Positions 25,342 through 40,800 are shown, counted from the stretch's first letter. The stretch: DNA of 64,000 bases from Vicinamibacterales bacterium (GCA_965204675.1 OZ242003.1:5803996-5867995), one strand, 5' to 3'. Numbers and translations: made by a program. Notes: generated from the sequence alone by a model not told the origin.

Positions 25342-26838
25342 ATGAGAGCTGGACTGACTCGGCGGAGCCTGTTGCAGAGCGCGTTCGCGGCCGGCGTGAT
25401 CGGAGCGGGGGCCGCGACGCCGTTCACCCCGGCCGCGAGGGCGATGCAGCCCGGCGGCGCTTCACGAACCGACCCGGCCGTCTCGCTCAGCCGGCAGTTC
25501 GCGCGGTGGGTCGCCGGCCTGCGCTACGAGGACCTGCCCCCGGAGGTGGTCGACCGCGCCAGGGGACTCACGCTCCAGGCCCTCTCGTCGGCCCTCCTCG
25601 GCTCGCAACTGCCCGCGGGCCGGCAGGCCGTCGAGCTCGTCACCCGGGAAGAGGGCGGTGCGCCGGCCGGCGTCACCGTCATGGTGGACGGCGCGAGGGC
25701 CACGAAGGCGGGCGCGGTCTTCGCCAACGCCGAGCTGATCCTGGCCGGCGGCAAGTGGGACACGTTCCGCATGCTCCTGCACCCCGGCACGTGCATCGTC
25801 CCCTGCGCGTTCGCGGCGGCACAGGCCGAGGACGCCTCCGGGCGCGACTTCGTCACCGGCCTCGTGGCCGGCTACGAGGTGATGGAGCGGATGGCCGCCG
25901 AGTTCATCCCGACGATGATGGCGCGCGGCTTCCACGCCGGGCCGGTCTTCGGCATCTTCGGGGCCGCCGTCGCCGCCGCGAAGATCATGCGCCTCTCCGA
26001 GGACCAGACGACGAACGCGATCGGCCTCTGCGCCAACCTCGCCGGCTGCAATCTCGAGGCCCGCGGCCTCCGGGAGAGCGCCGCCGCGCGCAACGCCATG
26101 CTCGCGGTGGCGCTGGCGCGGCAGGGCCGCGAGGCGGGCGAGGCCGCCCTGGAGGGCGACGCCGGCTTCTACCACGCCTACGCCGGCAACAACCGGGGCG
26201 ACCTGACCTACAGCTTCGTCGGAGACACGCGCGCCAGCCTGGACGCGCTGACCGCCGGGCTCGGCGAGGAGTGGCTGTTCCTGGAGACCCTCTACCGCAT
26301 CTACTCGACGGCCGGCTACAACATCGCCCACGTCGACGTCACCGCGCAGCTCTGCGAGGAGCACGGCATCACCTACGCGGACGTCGACCGGGTCGAGGCG
26401 GTGGTGAACTGGCTGGAGACCCAGTACCCCAGCCCCGCCTTCCCCACCCGGCGGGAGGACCTCGGCGAGGCCGCCGTGGGCAGCACGCGGTACTACGCGG
26501 CCTACGGGGTCGTGCGGCGCGGCTTCCCCCTGCTGGCGGGGGCGCCGGACCCGCCGGAGGTGCTCGACCTCATGCGGCGGGTCACGATCATCCCGTCCCA
26601 CGAGATGACCCTCTTCGGCCCGCGCATCACCGTCTTCACGAACGACGGGCGCAGCTACACCCGGCAGGCCACGGGCCGCGAGTTCATCTGGGACTTCGAG
26701 GAGGAGGCGCGGCGCATTCGCGACGTCGTGCCGGGGCTCCCCATCCCCGCGGCGCGGTTCGAGGAGATCATCGCGGCCTGCCGCGGCCTCGACCGGACCG
26801 ACCCGGCCCACCGGCTCGTCGAGCTGACGGTGGCGTGA
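25342..26838 (+). CDS. MmgE/PrpD-family protein with a twin-arginine (Tat) signal
   Basis: 'MRAGLTRRSLLQSAFAAGVIGAGAA' is a Tat signal. 'RWVAGLRYEDLPPEVVDRARGLTLQAL' is a typical PrpD-family N-terminus. Confidence 0.8.
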   Translation: MRAGLTRRSLLQSAFAAGVIGAGAATPFTPAARAMQPGGASRTDPAVSLSRQFARWVAGLRYEDLPPEVVDRARGLTLQALSSALLGSQLPAGRQAVELVTREEGGAPAGVTVMVDGARATKAGAVFANAELILAGGKWDTFRMLLHPGTCIVPCAFAAAQAEDASGRDFVTGLVAGYEVMERMAAEFIPTMMARGFHAGPVFGIFGAAVAAAKIMRLSEDQTTNAIGLCANLAGCNLEARGLRESAAARNAMLAVALARQGREAGEAALEGDAGFYHAYAGNNRGDLTYSFVGDTRASLDALTAGLGEEWLFLETLYRIYSTAGYNIAHVDVTAQLCEEHGITYADVDRVEAVVNWLETQYPSPAFPTRREDLGEAAVGSTRYYAAYGVVRRGFPLLAGAPDPPEVLDLMRRVTIIPSHEMTLFGPRITVFTNDGRSYTRQATGREFIWDFEEEARRIRDVVPGLPIPAARFEEIIAACRGLDRTDPAHRLVELTVA

Positions 26839-27010
26839 GGATGGTCTGGACATCGAAAGGCGCCGACTGCATCCGGGCGTGGCCCGTCTGCGGCGGTTTC
26901 GCGCGCCTGGCACGCGGCGAACGGAGTTCCGTCAACTTCGCGAGAACCGGCGGTGTCCGAACGGTGAGCGCCACAACGTCCGGGTGCGCAACAGGCCTCC
27001 GAGGTTTCCG

Positions 27011-27901
27011 ATGGTGACACGCAACGTATTCCGCTCGGTGGTGGTCGCGGCCCTCGGTCTTCTCCTGGCGGCCAGGCCGGCGCTGGCGGCCTGCGGAGAG
27101 ACCGGCGTGCAGCTCCAGATCCTGGGCTCGGGGGGGCCGGGCGCGTCCTCGGGACGGGCCTCGGCCGGCTACCTCGTCTGGGTCGACGGGGTCAGCCGCA
27201 TCCTCGTCGACGCCGGCGGCGGCATCAAGCAGCGCTTCCATGCGTCCGGCGCCGACCTCGAAGACTTGGGGCTGCTGGCGCTCAGTCACTTCCATCCCGA
27301 CCATTCCGCCGAGGTGCCGGCGCTGCTGTGGCCCGGCGGCGCCGGGTTGCGGGTCGCCGGCCCATCCGGGAGCAGCGCGTTCCCGTCGCTGGACGACTGG
27401 CTGGACGGGCTCTTCGGGCCGGGCGGGATCTTCCGGGTGCTCGCCGGCCGCCTCGACCTGGATGCGGTCACGGTGGACGTCGCGGCCGGCGCGCCGGCCG
27501 AGGTCTGGCGCGACGGAGACGTCCGGGTACGCGGCATCGGGGTGCCGCACGCCGATGTCCCCACCGTGGGGTACCGGGTGGACGTGGGGGCCGTCAGCGT
27601 GGGGTTCAGCAGCGACCAGAACGGTTCGGACGCCGCCTTCGTTGAGCTCGTGCGCGACGTGGACGTGCTGGTGGTGCACCTCGGCGGCGCCGAGACGTCG
27701 ACCGGACGCTCGGCCGAGCTGCATGCCCGGCCGAGCGTCTGGGGAGCGCTGGCCGCGGACGCCGGCGTCGGCCGGGTGGTCGCCTCCCACGTCTCCACCT
27801 CGTCGCCGCAGGTCCTCGCGGACAGCCTCGCCCATCTGCGCGCTGCCTACGGGGGGCCGGTCACGGTGGGCGAAGACCTCCTGTGCGTGCCGTTGCCCTG
27901 A
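27011..27901 (+). CDS. MBL-fold metallo-hydrolase, secreted
   Basis: Signal peptide 'VVVAALGLLLAARPALAA'. 'LSHFHPDHSAEV' is the HxHxDH motif. Confidence 0.8.
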   Translation: MVTRNVFRSVVVAALGLLLAARPALAACGETGVQLQILGSGGPGASSGRASAGYLVWVDGVSRILVDAGGGIKQRFHASGADLEDLGLLALSHFHPDHSAEVPALLWPGGAGLRVAGPSGSSAFPSLDDWLDGLFGPGGIFRVLAGRLDLDAVTVDVAAGAPAEVWRDGDVRVRGIGVPHADVPTVGYRVDVGAVSVGFSSDQNGSDAAFVELVRDVDVLVVHLGGAETSTGRSAELHARPSVWGALAADAGVGRVVASHVSTSSPQVLADSLAHLRAAYGGPVTVGEDLLCVPLP

Positions 27902-27937
27902 GCGCTATCACGGCTTCACGCAGGGTGCCGGACGATG

Positions 27938-28741
27938 CTAGCGCAGCTCGTCCAGGGCCACCCCGCGCGCCTCGAAGGCGGCGGTGAGCAACCGGCCCGC
28001 GTTCACGGCGGCCGGCCAGCCCGCGTAGAAGGTGACGTGCAGGACCACCTCGGAGAGCTCCTGCGGCTCGACGCCGTTCTGGTCGAGGGCCCGGTCGATG
28101 TGCAGTCGCAGCTCGTTGGTGACGTAGAGGGCCTGGTTGACGGCCACGGTGATGAGGCTGCGGTCGCGCTTCGAGAGCAGCGGACGCTCCCAGATGTCCC
28201 CGTAGAGGAGGCTGTTCCGTAGCGCCCCCAGCCGCGGCACCGCCGCGTAGGCGTCGCTGAGCCCGCCCGGGGTGGTGACCTCGGCCTCGAGCGCCGGCGC
28301 CCGCGGCAGGTCGCCGAGGGTCAAGCCCCGCGCCTCGAACGCCTCGGCCGCGGTCAGCGAGGCCTGCACGCCGGTCGGCCAGCCCGCGTAGAACGTCACG
28401 TGCAGGATGATCTCGGAGATCTCCTCGGGCGTCAGCCCATTGTCGAGGCCCCGCGGGATGTGAATGGCCAGCTCCTCCCGGGCCAGGGCCTGGAGAACGG
28501 CGATGGTGATGAGGCTGCGGTCGCGCTTGGACAGGTACGGGCGCTCCCAGACCTCCCCGTACACCAGCGAGTTCCGCAGCTCGCGGAGATAGGGGGACCC
28601 GGCGTACAGGTCGGGAGCGGGCAGGGCAGGGACATCGGCCTGCTGGGCGGCGGCGGTCGTGACCGACCCACCGAACGCCAGGCCCGAAAGGCAGAGCGCC
28701 GCCACGACGAACAGGTGCGTTGCGCGGGTTCTCGTCGACAT
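27938..28741 (-). CDS. Tandem-duplicated carboxymuconolactone decarboxylase (CMD/AhpD-like) domain protein with a signal peptide
   Basis: Two copies of '...RN(S)L(V/L)YG(E/D)(V/I)WERP.LSKRDRSLIT.AV...HVTFYAGWP' occur within one ORF. Confidence 0.8.
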   Translation of the reverse strand: MSTRTRATHLFVVAALCLSGLAFGGSVTTAAAQQADVPALPAPDLYAGSPYLRELRNSLVYGEVWERPYLSKRDRSLITIAVLQALAREELAIHIPRGLDNGLTPEEISEIILHVTFYAGWPTGVQASLTAAEAFEARGLTLGDLPRAPALEAEVTTPGGLSDAYAAVPRLGALRNSLLYGDIWERPLLSKRDRSLITVAVNQALYVTNELRLHIDRALDQNGVEPQELSEVVLHVTFYAGWPAAVNAGRLLTAAFEARGVALDELR

Positions 28742-28889
28742 CGTTCAGGACTCCTTCGCGGTTCCGGGAATCGCCCGCCATTCGCGGGCGCGGGTACTTC
28801 GACACGCCGATGATATCCGGGCGCGTAGATTACCGCGCCGGGACTCCCTTCGCATCCCGCAGCCGCGGGCGGCGGAGCGCCGGGCCGTA

Positions 28890-29447
28890 CTCGTGGATAA
28901 CGGCCCTCTGCCGCTACGCCTTCCCGCGCATCGGGCACCGACCGGTCTCGGAGGTCACGAGCGCCGACGTGCTGGCGATCCTCGGCCCCATCTGGCACAC
29001 GCAGCCCGTCCGCGCCAAGAGCGTCAAGCAGCGCGTCCACACCGTGCCGGAGTGGGCGATCGCCATGAACCTGAGGAAGCCGACCCGGTGCGGCCGGTCC
29101 TCCGCCCACAGCGCAACATCGTGCAGCACCGGCAGGCGTCGCCGTACCGGGAGGTCGCCGCGGTGCTGGCGACGGTGCGGGCATTGCGCTACCTGCCGGC
29201 TGTCCAGCCACGCTGCGGCACCGCCGCCGTTCCGCACGGCTTCAGGTCCAGCTTCCGGGACTGGGCGGCCAAGGAGACCGACCACCCGCGCGAGGTCATC
29301 GAGGCGCTGGCGCACATGATCCAGAATCCGGTCGAGGCGGCCTACGCCCGCTCGGACCTGTTCGAACGCCGGCGACGGCTCATGAACGACTGGGGCGCCT
29401 ACCTCGACCGCGAGCGCCGGGCGAGCCGGCTCGCCCCGGCTCTTTGA
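28890..29447 (+). pseudogene. Third integrase homologue, a degraded remnant (frameshift plus internal deletion of the catalytic core)
   Basis: 'ALCRYAFPRIGHRPVSEVTSADVLAILGPIWHTQPVRAKSVKQRVHTVPEWAI' in one frame. '...PYREVAAVLATV...PHGFRSSFRDWAAKETDHPREVIEALAHMIQNPVEAAYARSDLFERRRRLMNDW' in another. About 100 aa between the two blocks are missing. Confidence 0.75.
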
Positions 29448-29630
29448 CGCGGCGGCGCGGCGGACGGCGAACACGCCGCGGCGGCATGGCGGCGGCTGGC
29501 GGCGTTGTTCCAGGTGGTCGGCAGCGAGCCGATCCACCACCGGGAGCGCCGGTCAGGCGCGGCCGGCAGCCAAGGGATCGAAGGGGACGCGCAGCTTCCC
29601 CTCGCCACCACAATGTCGGACATTGGGTAA

Positions 29631-29662
29631 GCTGGCTCCCGACTACCAAGTCGGGAGCCAGC
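29631..29662 (+). terminator. Perfect 13-bp-stem hairpin GCTGGCTCCCGAC-TACCAA-GTCGGGAGCCAGC
   Basis: Read directly. There is no clear T-tract, so a terminator role is only a guess. Confidence 0.3.
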
Positions 29663-30326
29663 CCCTTTCCGGGCCGCTCGTTCGTGCGTCACACCCGCCG
29701 GGTCGGGTCGCTCCCCCTCGAACCTTCCCTTCTGGAAGGAGATCCGCCCCCGCTGGCGCAGCCGCTTCGTGCCAGCCGCTCCGACGCGCGTCAGCACGTC
29801 ACGCTGCCACGCACGTACACCGACTGCAACGCCTCTCGGCCGGCTGCCGAGGCCGCCCTGCCGCGCGCCCTCGACCCGCACGTCAACGCGCCGATCCAAC
29901 GTACAGCGTCACCCGCAGCGCAGCCCCCGGTAGCCCCATCGCCGACGACGCCACCCGGCGGACGGTGCGCCCGTGCCCCCGCCACTCGGTCCCGCGATCC
30001 CGTAGCCGATGTCGTCCGCCAACTGCTCGCCCGCCCGCGTCGAAAAACGGTCGAACCCAGCGACGGCGTCATCGTCAGCGACAGACCCCGGCCCGCCAGA
30101 CAGGATCGAAACGCACCGAGGCGTGAAGCCCCACTCCTGCTGTTTCGGCGACCGGAAAGCCCGCCAACCCGACGTGTGGTACGCTGTCTTGTTGTCGGAT
30201 GAGTTTCCTCCGAGAGCGAACGCCAAATGTGCCGGCACGAGGAGATCGGGCGGGCCTACGGCCGCCTCGACAAAGCGATCACGGCTGAGGCGTCGAATGG
30301 AACGCGTCGGCTGGGTGAGGGAGCCA

Positions 30327-30968
30327 ATGAACACGTTCGTATGTGCCGATGAGTGTCAGGACATTTTGGGATCTTTGGAACAGTGTGCCTTCAGCTTAGC
30401 TCAAGCGCGTCGATCAGAACGGGCTTGGAAATGGGTCGTCTTGTCCCTTCATAGCGCCTTGCAGGGTGCCATGGTCTGTCACCTGTCTGGAACGGAACAA
30501 CTTGGCGCGCTACAAGAACGCGGTGCCACAGAATGGCGTGAATGGAACAACAAGAGTATTCAGGAGGGTGACGAAGACGCCGGTGATCCCCCTCCGGCGC
30601 GCCTCGCCGACGCTAACGAACTGTTCAAGCGGCTACATCGTTCGGCCGCTCGGATCGAAGATGGATGTGGTGGGGTGATCTCGGTCACCGAACAGCAAAA
30701 AGCATCGTTCAAATGGCTGCACGAACTTCGGAACGAATTCTCTCATTTTAGTCCAAAAGGTTGGAGCATCGGACTGTCTGGTACCATGCAGGCAATTGAC
30801 GACGTGCTCAACATCATGCGTCTGATCGCGAATGATGATTGGCCGTTTTGGCATATGACAGAGCACGGGAACATCCTGCGTTCGAAGATCGAAGAGGTCC
30901 GTCGGGAAGCCGATGGGATTGACCGAATACTTGCGATCCGCGGAGGCCTCGAACGAGAGGATGCGTAA
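30327..30968 (+). CDS. Hypothetical protein with an Rx4H (HEPN-like) motif, in a visibly low-G+C islet
   Basis: RBS GAGGGAG before the ATG at 30327. 'FKWLHELRNEFSHF' has R135-x4-H140 (nt 30729-30746), matching the 'l..lRNxxxH' pattern of HEPN/DUF4145-type domains. The motif evidence is short. Confidence 0.6.
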   Translation: MNTFVCADECQDILGSLEQCAFSLAQARRSERAWKWVVLSLHSALQGAMVCHLSGTEQLGALQERGATEWREWNNKSIQEGDEDAGDPPPARLADANELFKRLHRSAARIEDGCGGVISVTEQQKASFKWLHELRNEFSHFSPKGWSIGLSGTMQAIDDVLNIMRLIANDDWPFWHMTEHGNILRSKIEEVRREADGIDRILAIRGGLEREDA

Positions 30969-31084
30969 TTTGTCACACGTACTCAGTCCCGTCGTGGTCG
31001 ACCTCCTCAGCCTCGCCGGCACTTGGTTCTACCGGCAAAGGGGGATTGCCGGAGTGATCGCGTCGCGACCACGGGAGTGCCCCA

Positions 31085-32197
31085 ATGAAGCTGATGCAAA
31101 GGAAACAACCCTTGATTGCCGTTTTTGTACTGGCGCTGGTACTCGTCGCTCCTTCTGGCGTGCTCGGGCAGGACGACGAGCTTGATTCGGAGTCGATCGG
31201 TGAACTTCGCCGCCAAGCCGAGCGGGGAGTCGCTGAGGCCCAATTCGCGCTCGGCGACGCATACGCCCTCGGCCAAGGTGTGCCTCATGACGAAGCTGAG
31301 GCCGTGACGTGGTGGCGCCTAGCTGCGACGCAGGGATACGCTACTGCTCAAGTCGCGCTCGGCGACGCGTACGCCAACGGCTGGGGTGGGGTGCCCCAAG
31401 ACTACCAAGTGGCCGTGACGTGGTACCACCGGGCCGCGACGCAAGGAGACGCTGAGGCCCACTACAACCTCGGGTTCATGTACGCCAACGGTCGGGGCGT
31501 GTCGCAGGACGACGCGGAAGCCGTTCGATGGTACCGCTTGGCCGCCGAGCAGGGGCTCTCCGGCGCGCAGTACAACCTCGGGTTTATGCACGCCAACGGT
31601 CGGGGCGTGTCGCAGGACGACGCGGAAGCCGTTCGGTGGTACCGCTTGGCCGCCGAACAGGGCAACGCCCCGGCGCAATTCGTCCTCGGATTCATGTACG
31701 AGAATGGTCGGGGCGTGCCGCAAGATGACGCCCATGCCGCCACTTGGTACAGTCAAGCCGCGACGCGGGGAGTCGCTGTAGCCCAGCACCAACTCGGGTC
31801 CATGTACGCCGACGGTCGGGGCGTTCCGCAGGACCAAGCGGAGGCCGTTCGGTGGCACCGTTTGGCCGCCGAGCAGGGCAACGCCCCAGCGCAGACGGCA
31901 CTCGGGCTTATGTACTTCGACGGTCGGGGCGTTCCGCAGGACCACGCGGAAGCCGCCGGGTGGTTCCGCTTGGCCGCCGAGCAGGGCAACGCCGCGGCGC
32001 AGTACGTCCTCGGGCTCATGTACCAGAGTGGTTGGGGCGTGCCGCAGGACTACGTGTCCGCGCATATGTGGTTCAACCTTCTCGCGGCGACCGGCGACGA
32101 GGTTGCCCGCAGGGCGCGCGAGAATGTCGCTTCCAGCATGACGCGTGAACAGATCTCCGAGGCGCAAGCGCGGGCACGGGAATGGGCGACTCGGTGA
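31085..32197 (+). CDS. Sel1-like repeat (SLR/TPR-like) protein with a signal peptide
   Basis: About eight repeats of 'AEAVRWYRLAAEQGNAPAQ..LG.MY..GRGVPQD'. N-terminal 'KQPLIAVFVLALVLVAPSGVLG'. Confidence 0.85.
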   Translation: MKLMQRKQPLIAVFVLALVLVAPSGVLGQDDELDSESIGELRRQAERGVAEAQFALGDAYALGQGVPHDEAEAVTWWRLAATQGYATAQVALGDAYANGWGGVPQDYQVAVTWYHRAATQGDAEAHYNLGFMYANGRGVSQDDAEAVRWYRLAAEQGLSGAQYNLGFMHANGRGVSQDDAEAVRWYRLAAEQGNAPAQFVLGFMYENGRGVPQDDAHAATWYSQAATRGVAVAQHQLGSMYADGRGVPQDQAEAVRWHRLAAEQGNAPAQTALGLMYFDGRGVPQDHAEAAGWFRLAAEQGNAAAQYVLGLMYQSGWGVPQDYVSAHMWFNLLAATGDEVARRARENVASSMTREQISEAQARAREWATR

Positions 32198-32710
32198 GCC
32201 GGCAGACCCCGAGCGAGAGCACGACGCAGGGGGCGGGAGTGGCACGCGACGCATCTGGAACCCTGACGGGGATGCGGTAGGCCAAGGGAGCCGGCAGTCG
32301 CGAACCGAAGCCCGATCTAGATCGGTCCGCGGGCAGTCCCTATCTGGTGCGACCGAGTCCGGTTTAGTTTACGGGGTACCGTATGGGAAGCACAGGGAGG
32401 GAAGACTCCGTAAAGTATGGTAGGCCATAGAGTTGCGGAATTTTGTATGGCGGACCATGGCCATGCCTCCGCCGGGCGACTCGGGCGAACGCCGGACGGT
32501 CGGGGCGGCGCAGTGCGAGAATGGCAGTGACGACGACGGTCGCGGCCTCGCCCGCCAATCGTCGCCCGCAACTCCGCCTGGCGCCGAACCAACCCTTCAA
32601 GGGTCCGCGCCGTTCTGCGACGCAGACGCCTGACCGAACGGTGGAGAGGAGCCTCCGCGGGGGCGGGATGCCACGGCCGAGCAGGTCATTCGCAGGGCAG
32701 GCCGCGTGGA

Positions 32711-37603
<4,893 letters not shown>

Positions 37604-37807
37604 GGCGAGGCTGGCGGCCTCGGGCGCGGCACGCGATTCCGCCGTGAGCCCGGGAAGCTCGCGCGAAGTGCGGGCGCGGCGGCGCTCCTCCGGAAAGGCC
37701 CGCAGGGTGAACTCCCCCGGGTCAGCCAGGGCGATCGGTGACCGTGCCTTCGAGCTGGTCGAACGACACCCGGCGGCACCGGCCGCGCCGGACGGGCCCG
37801 CTCGACG

Positions 37808-40800
37808 TCAATCGCGGCGCCGACGCGGCCCGCCGCGACCGGACCCGTCACCGCGGCGGGACCCGCCGCCGCGCGGCTTCGACGCCGGCGGCGAGGGCGG
37901 GGCCGGATTCAGCTTGAAATAGCGGTCGCACGCGGCGCGGAAGCGCTCGGAGAGCTGGTGCCCGGTCTCGCCCGGAATCACCCCCAGGGCCCGCCGCTCG
38001 GCCTGCAGCCGCCTCACCGTCTCCGCATCCTCCCGCCGCTTCGCGTCCGCATCGGCCCGGCCGCCCATCGTGTTGCTGGCCAGCGCCTCCCGCAGCCGCG
38101 CCGCGAGAATCTCCGACGGCGAACGCTCGTCAGCGGACGGGGCCCTCGTCTCCGCCTCGATCATCGACTCGACGCGCTCGCAGAGCCGCTCGAGCGCCGG
38201 CACGTGGCGCAGGGGGTCGAGGTCGGTGCCGGCGAAGGCGCCGGGAAACCGATCGACGACGCGGCCGACGGCGGCGTCGAACCGCGCCGCCAGGCTGCGC
38301 TCCTGCGGCCGCGGTATCGGCTCCATGGCGCGCCACTCGGCCCGGACCGCCTCGACCGTCTCCGCGAGATCGGCCGGCGGCCCGGCCGCGGGATCACCCT
38401 CGCCCCCGCCCTCGCCGCCCGCCTCGGGGGTGTCTGCCGGCGGACGCGCATCGGCGGCGCCGCCGCCCGCCTCCCCTGCGTCGGGGGCGAGCGCCTCCAG
38501 GCGCTCGCACAGCGCGGCCCGGGCCCGGATGTGCTCGACGAAGGGAGCGTCCACGGCCTCGCGCGCCCGCGCATAGACCTGGTCGCACGCGGCACGGAAG
38601 CGCTGCCACAACGTCTCGGACCGCGAGCGCCGAACCGGCCCCACCGTCTTCCACTCGGCCTGCAGTTGCCTGACCGCGGCCTTGGCCGCTTCGAGGTCGC
38701 TCTCGTCGGCCAGCGCCTCCGCCTTGCCGCACAGCTCCTCCTTGAGCTGCGCGTTCTTCGCCCAGACCTCCTTGCGCTCCGCGAGGTCCTGCCGGCGCCG
38801 CCGGAAGAAATGGCCGCAGGCGGCCCGGAACCGGTTCCAGACCTCGCGCTCGTCCTTGCGGGTCGCCGGCCCCACCTGCTTCCACTGCTCCTGGAGCTCG
38901 GTCATGCGCTGCGCGACCTTGATCCACTCGGTGGAGTCGGCCAGCCGCTCCGCCTCCTCGCACAGCGCCACCTTCTTGGCGAGGTTCTCGCCGCGCGCCG
39001 CGTCCTTGGCCGTCCGCAACGCCTCGAAACGGGGATACAGCGCGTCGTGGGCGGTCTTGAAGCGCTGCCAGACGTCGTTCCCCTCGTCCCGGGCGACGTC
39101 GCTGGCCTGCCGCCACTCGTTCATGATCTGCCGGAATTCGCGCGCGAACCTCTCGTCGTCGTCCTCGCCCCGCGCGGCGAGCGCTTCGAGGCGCTGGCAG
39201 AGGGCCGCCTGCACGCCGACGTTGGCCCACTGCTTCCACTCGACGAGCGCACGCAGCTCCCGCAGGCGGCCGGTCAACCCGGTCTGGGCGGCGCGGAGTC
39301 GTTCCGTGAGGGTCTCGCGGTCCTGGCGGGTCGGCAATCGCCCCAGATTGCCGAGCAGGGAACGGGTGAGACGGAGAAAGTGCTCGGCATCCTTCAGCGT
39401 GAGCTGCTCGTCGGCGAGCGCCCGTTCGATCTCGTCGCACCGGGCCTTCTGCTTGACGAGACTGGCCTGCTCGCGGCGGCGGCGGGCTTCGCGGGCGGCG
39501 AACAACCGGTCGCCCCGCTTCTGTTCCGCCGCGGCCACCCGCGGGGCCAGCTCGGCCAGCTCGCCCGGCGTGGACTCGCCCGCCAACGCCGTCCACTCGG
39601 CGTGCGGCGCCTTCCACCCCGTCGTCAGCTCCTCCGGGTTCTCGGTCGCGCTCACCGCCTCGAGCTTCTCCGCCAGCGCCGCCAGCCGGACGACGCGGTG
39701 CGCGGCCGTGCGGCGCCGCTCGACCTGACGCTCGGCCGCCGCCACCAGATCGGCGAACCGCCGCTCGACCTGGGTGGAGGCGTCACCTCCCGCGCGGTCC
39801 TCCCCGGCCGTCCCGGCATCGTCGGCGGCATCGCCGCCGACGGGCGGAACCTCGGGCAGCGCCGTCCACTCCGCGCGCACGACGCCGATCTCGGCCGCGA
39901 GGGCATCGGCGTCCCGGGCCTCGTCGGCCGCGAGCGCGGTCAGCCGGTCACACAGTGCGACGCGCGACGCGAGGGCGTCGCTGCGGACCTGACGACGCCG
40001 GTCGGCGGCGCTCCGTGCCGCATCGAGACGTGCCAGGTGGTCGAGCCCCGCCGCCACCGCCGCCCGCCACCGCGCCGCCACCGCGGCATCGGCGTCGGCC
40101 GGCCCATCGGCGGCCGCCCCGACCGGGGCCGGGACCTCGGCCGCCGCGGGCGCCTCGCCGTCGGCGGCGACCGGCTCCTCGGTGGCGACCGGCTCCTCGG
40201 TGGCGACCGGCTCCTCGGTGGCGACCGGCTCCTCGGTGGCGACCGGCTCCTCGGTGGCGACCGGCTCCTCGGTAGCGACCGGCTCCTCGGTAGCGGCGTG
40301 CCCCTCGGAGGCGACGGACACTTCGGCGCCGCCAGGCGCTTCGTCTCCTTCCGCCAGGTCCCGCCAGTCGCGCTCGGCCTGATCGAGCGCCGCGGTCACC
40401 GCGTCCCATTGCTCGACCCCGGCCAGCGCCTCGACGCGCTCGCACAGCTCCTCGCGGCGCCGTCGCCGCTCGTCCGCGGAGAGGGGGGCGGGCTGGGCGT
40501 CGATATCGGCGAGGGCGGTCCTCGCCCGCCGCGACACCGGCTTCGTACGGGCGCGGACGGCGACGGTCCTCAGGAGGTCCCGGTCGGCGGGGCCCAGGGG
40601 GGCGAGCCGATCGAACGCGGCGAGGGCGATCTCGCGATGGTCGGTCTTGATCGCCACCGCGGCCAGCTCGCTGCGTTCGTCGAGCCGGTCGAGGGCCGCT
40701 CCCCGCACCGCGCGATGCGTCGATCGCCGGGCGACGGCGCCGATCGCCTTCTGGGAATCGAGACGCCCGAGGGCCGAGCGGCTGACCGCCTCGTTGCGGG

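Noticed and set aside
29444-30334. ORFs 29444-30202(+), 29623-30126(+), 29909-30334(-) and 29399-29899(-) in the gap between the integrase remnant and the HEPN-motif ORF.
   Set aside because: They overlap one another, are Arg/Pro-rich, and lack RBS or motif support. They may hide pseudogene debris, but nothing could be assigned.
40167-40292. Regularly spaced 18-bp repeats considered as a possible CRISPR array.
   Set aside because: The repeats are directly adjacent with no spacers. They are only 18 bp long and lie in frame inside a coding sequence, encoding (PVATEE)x7.
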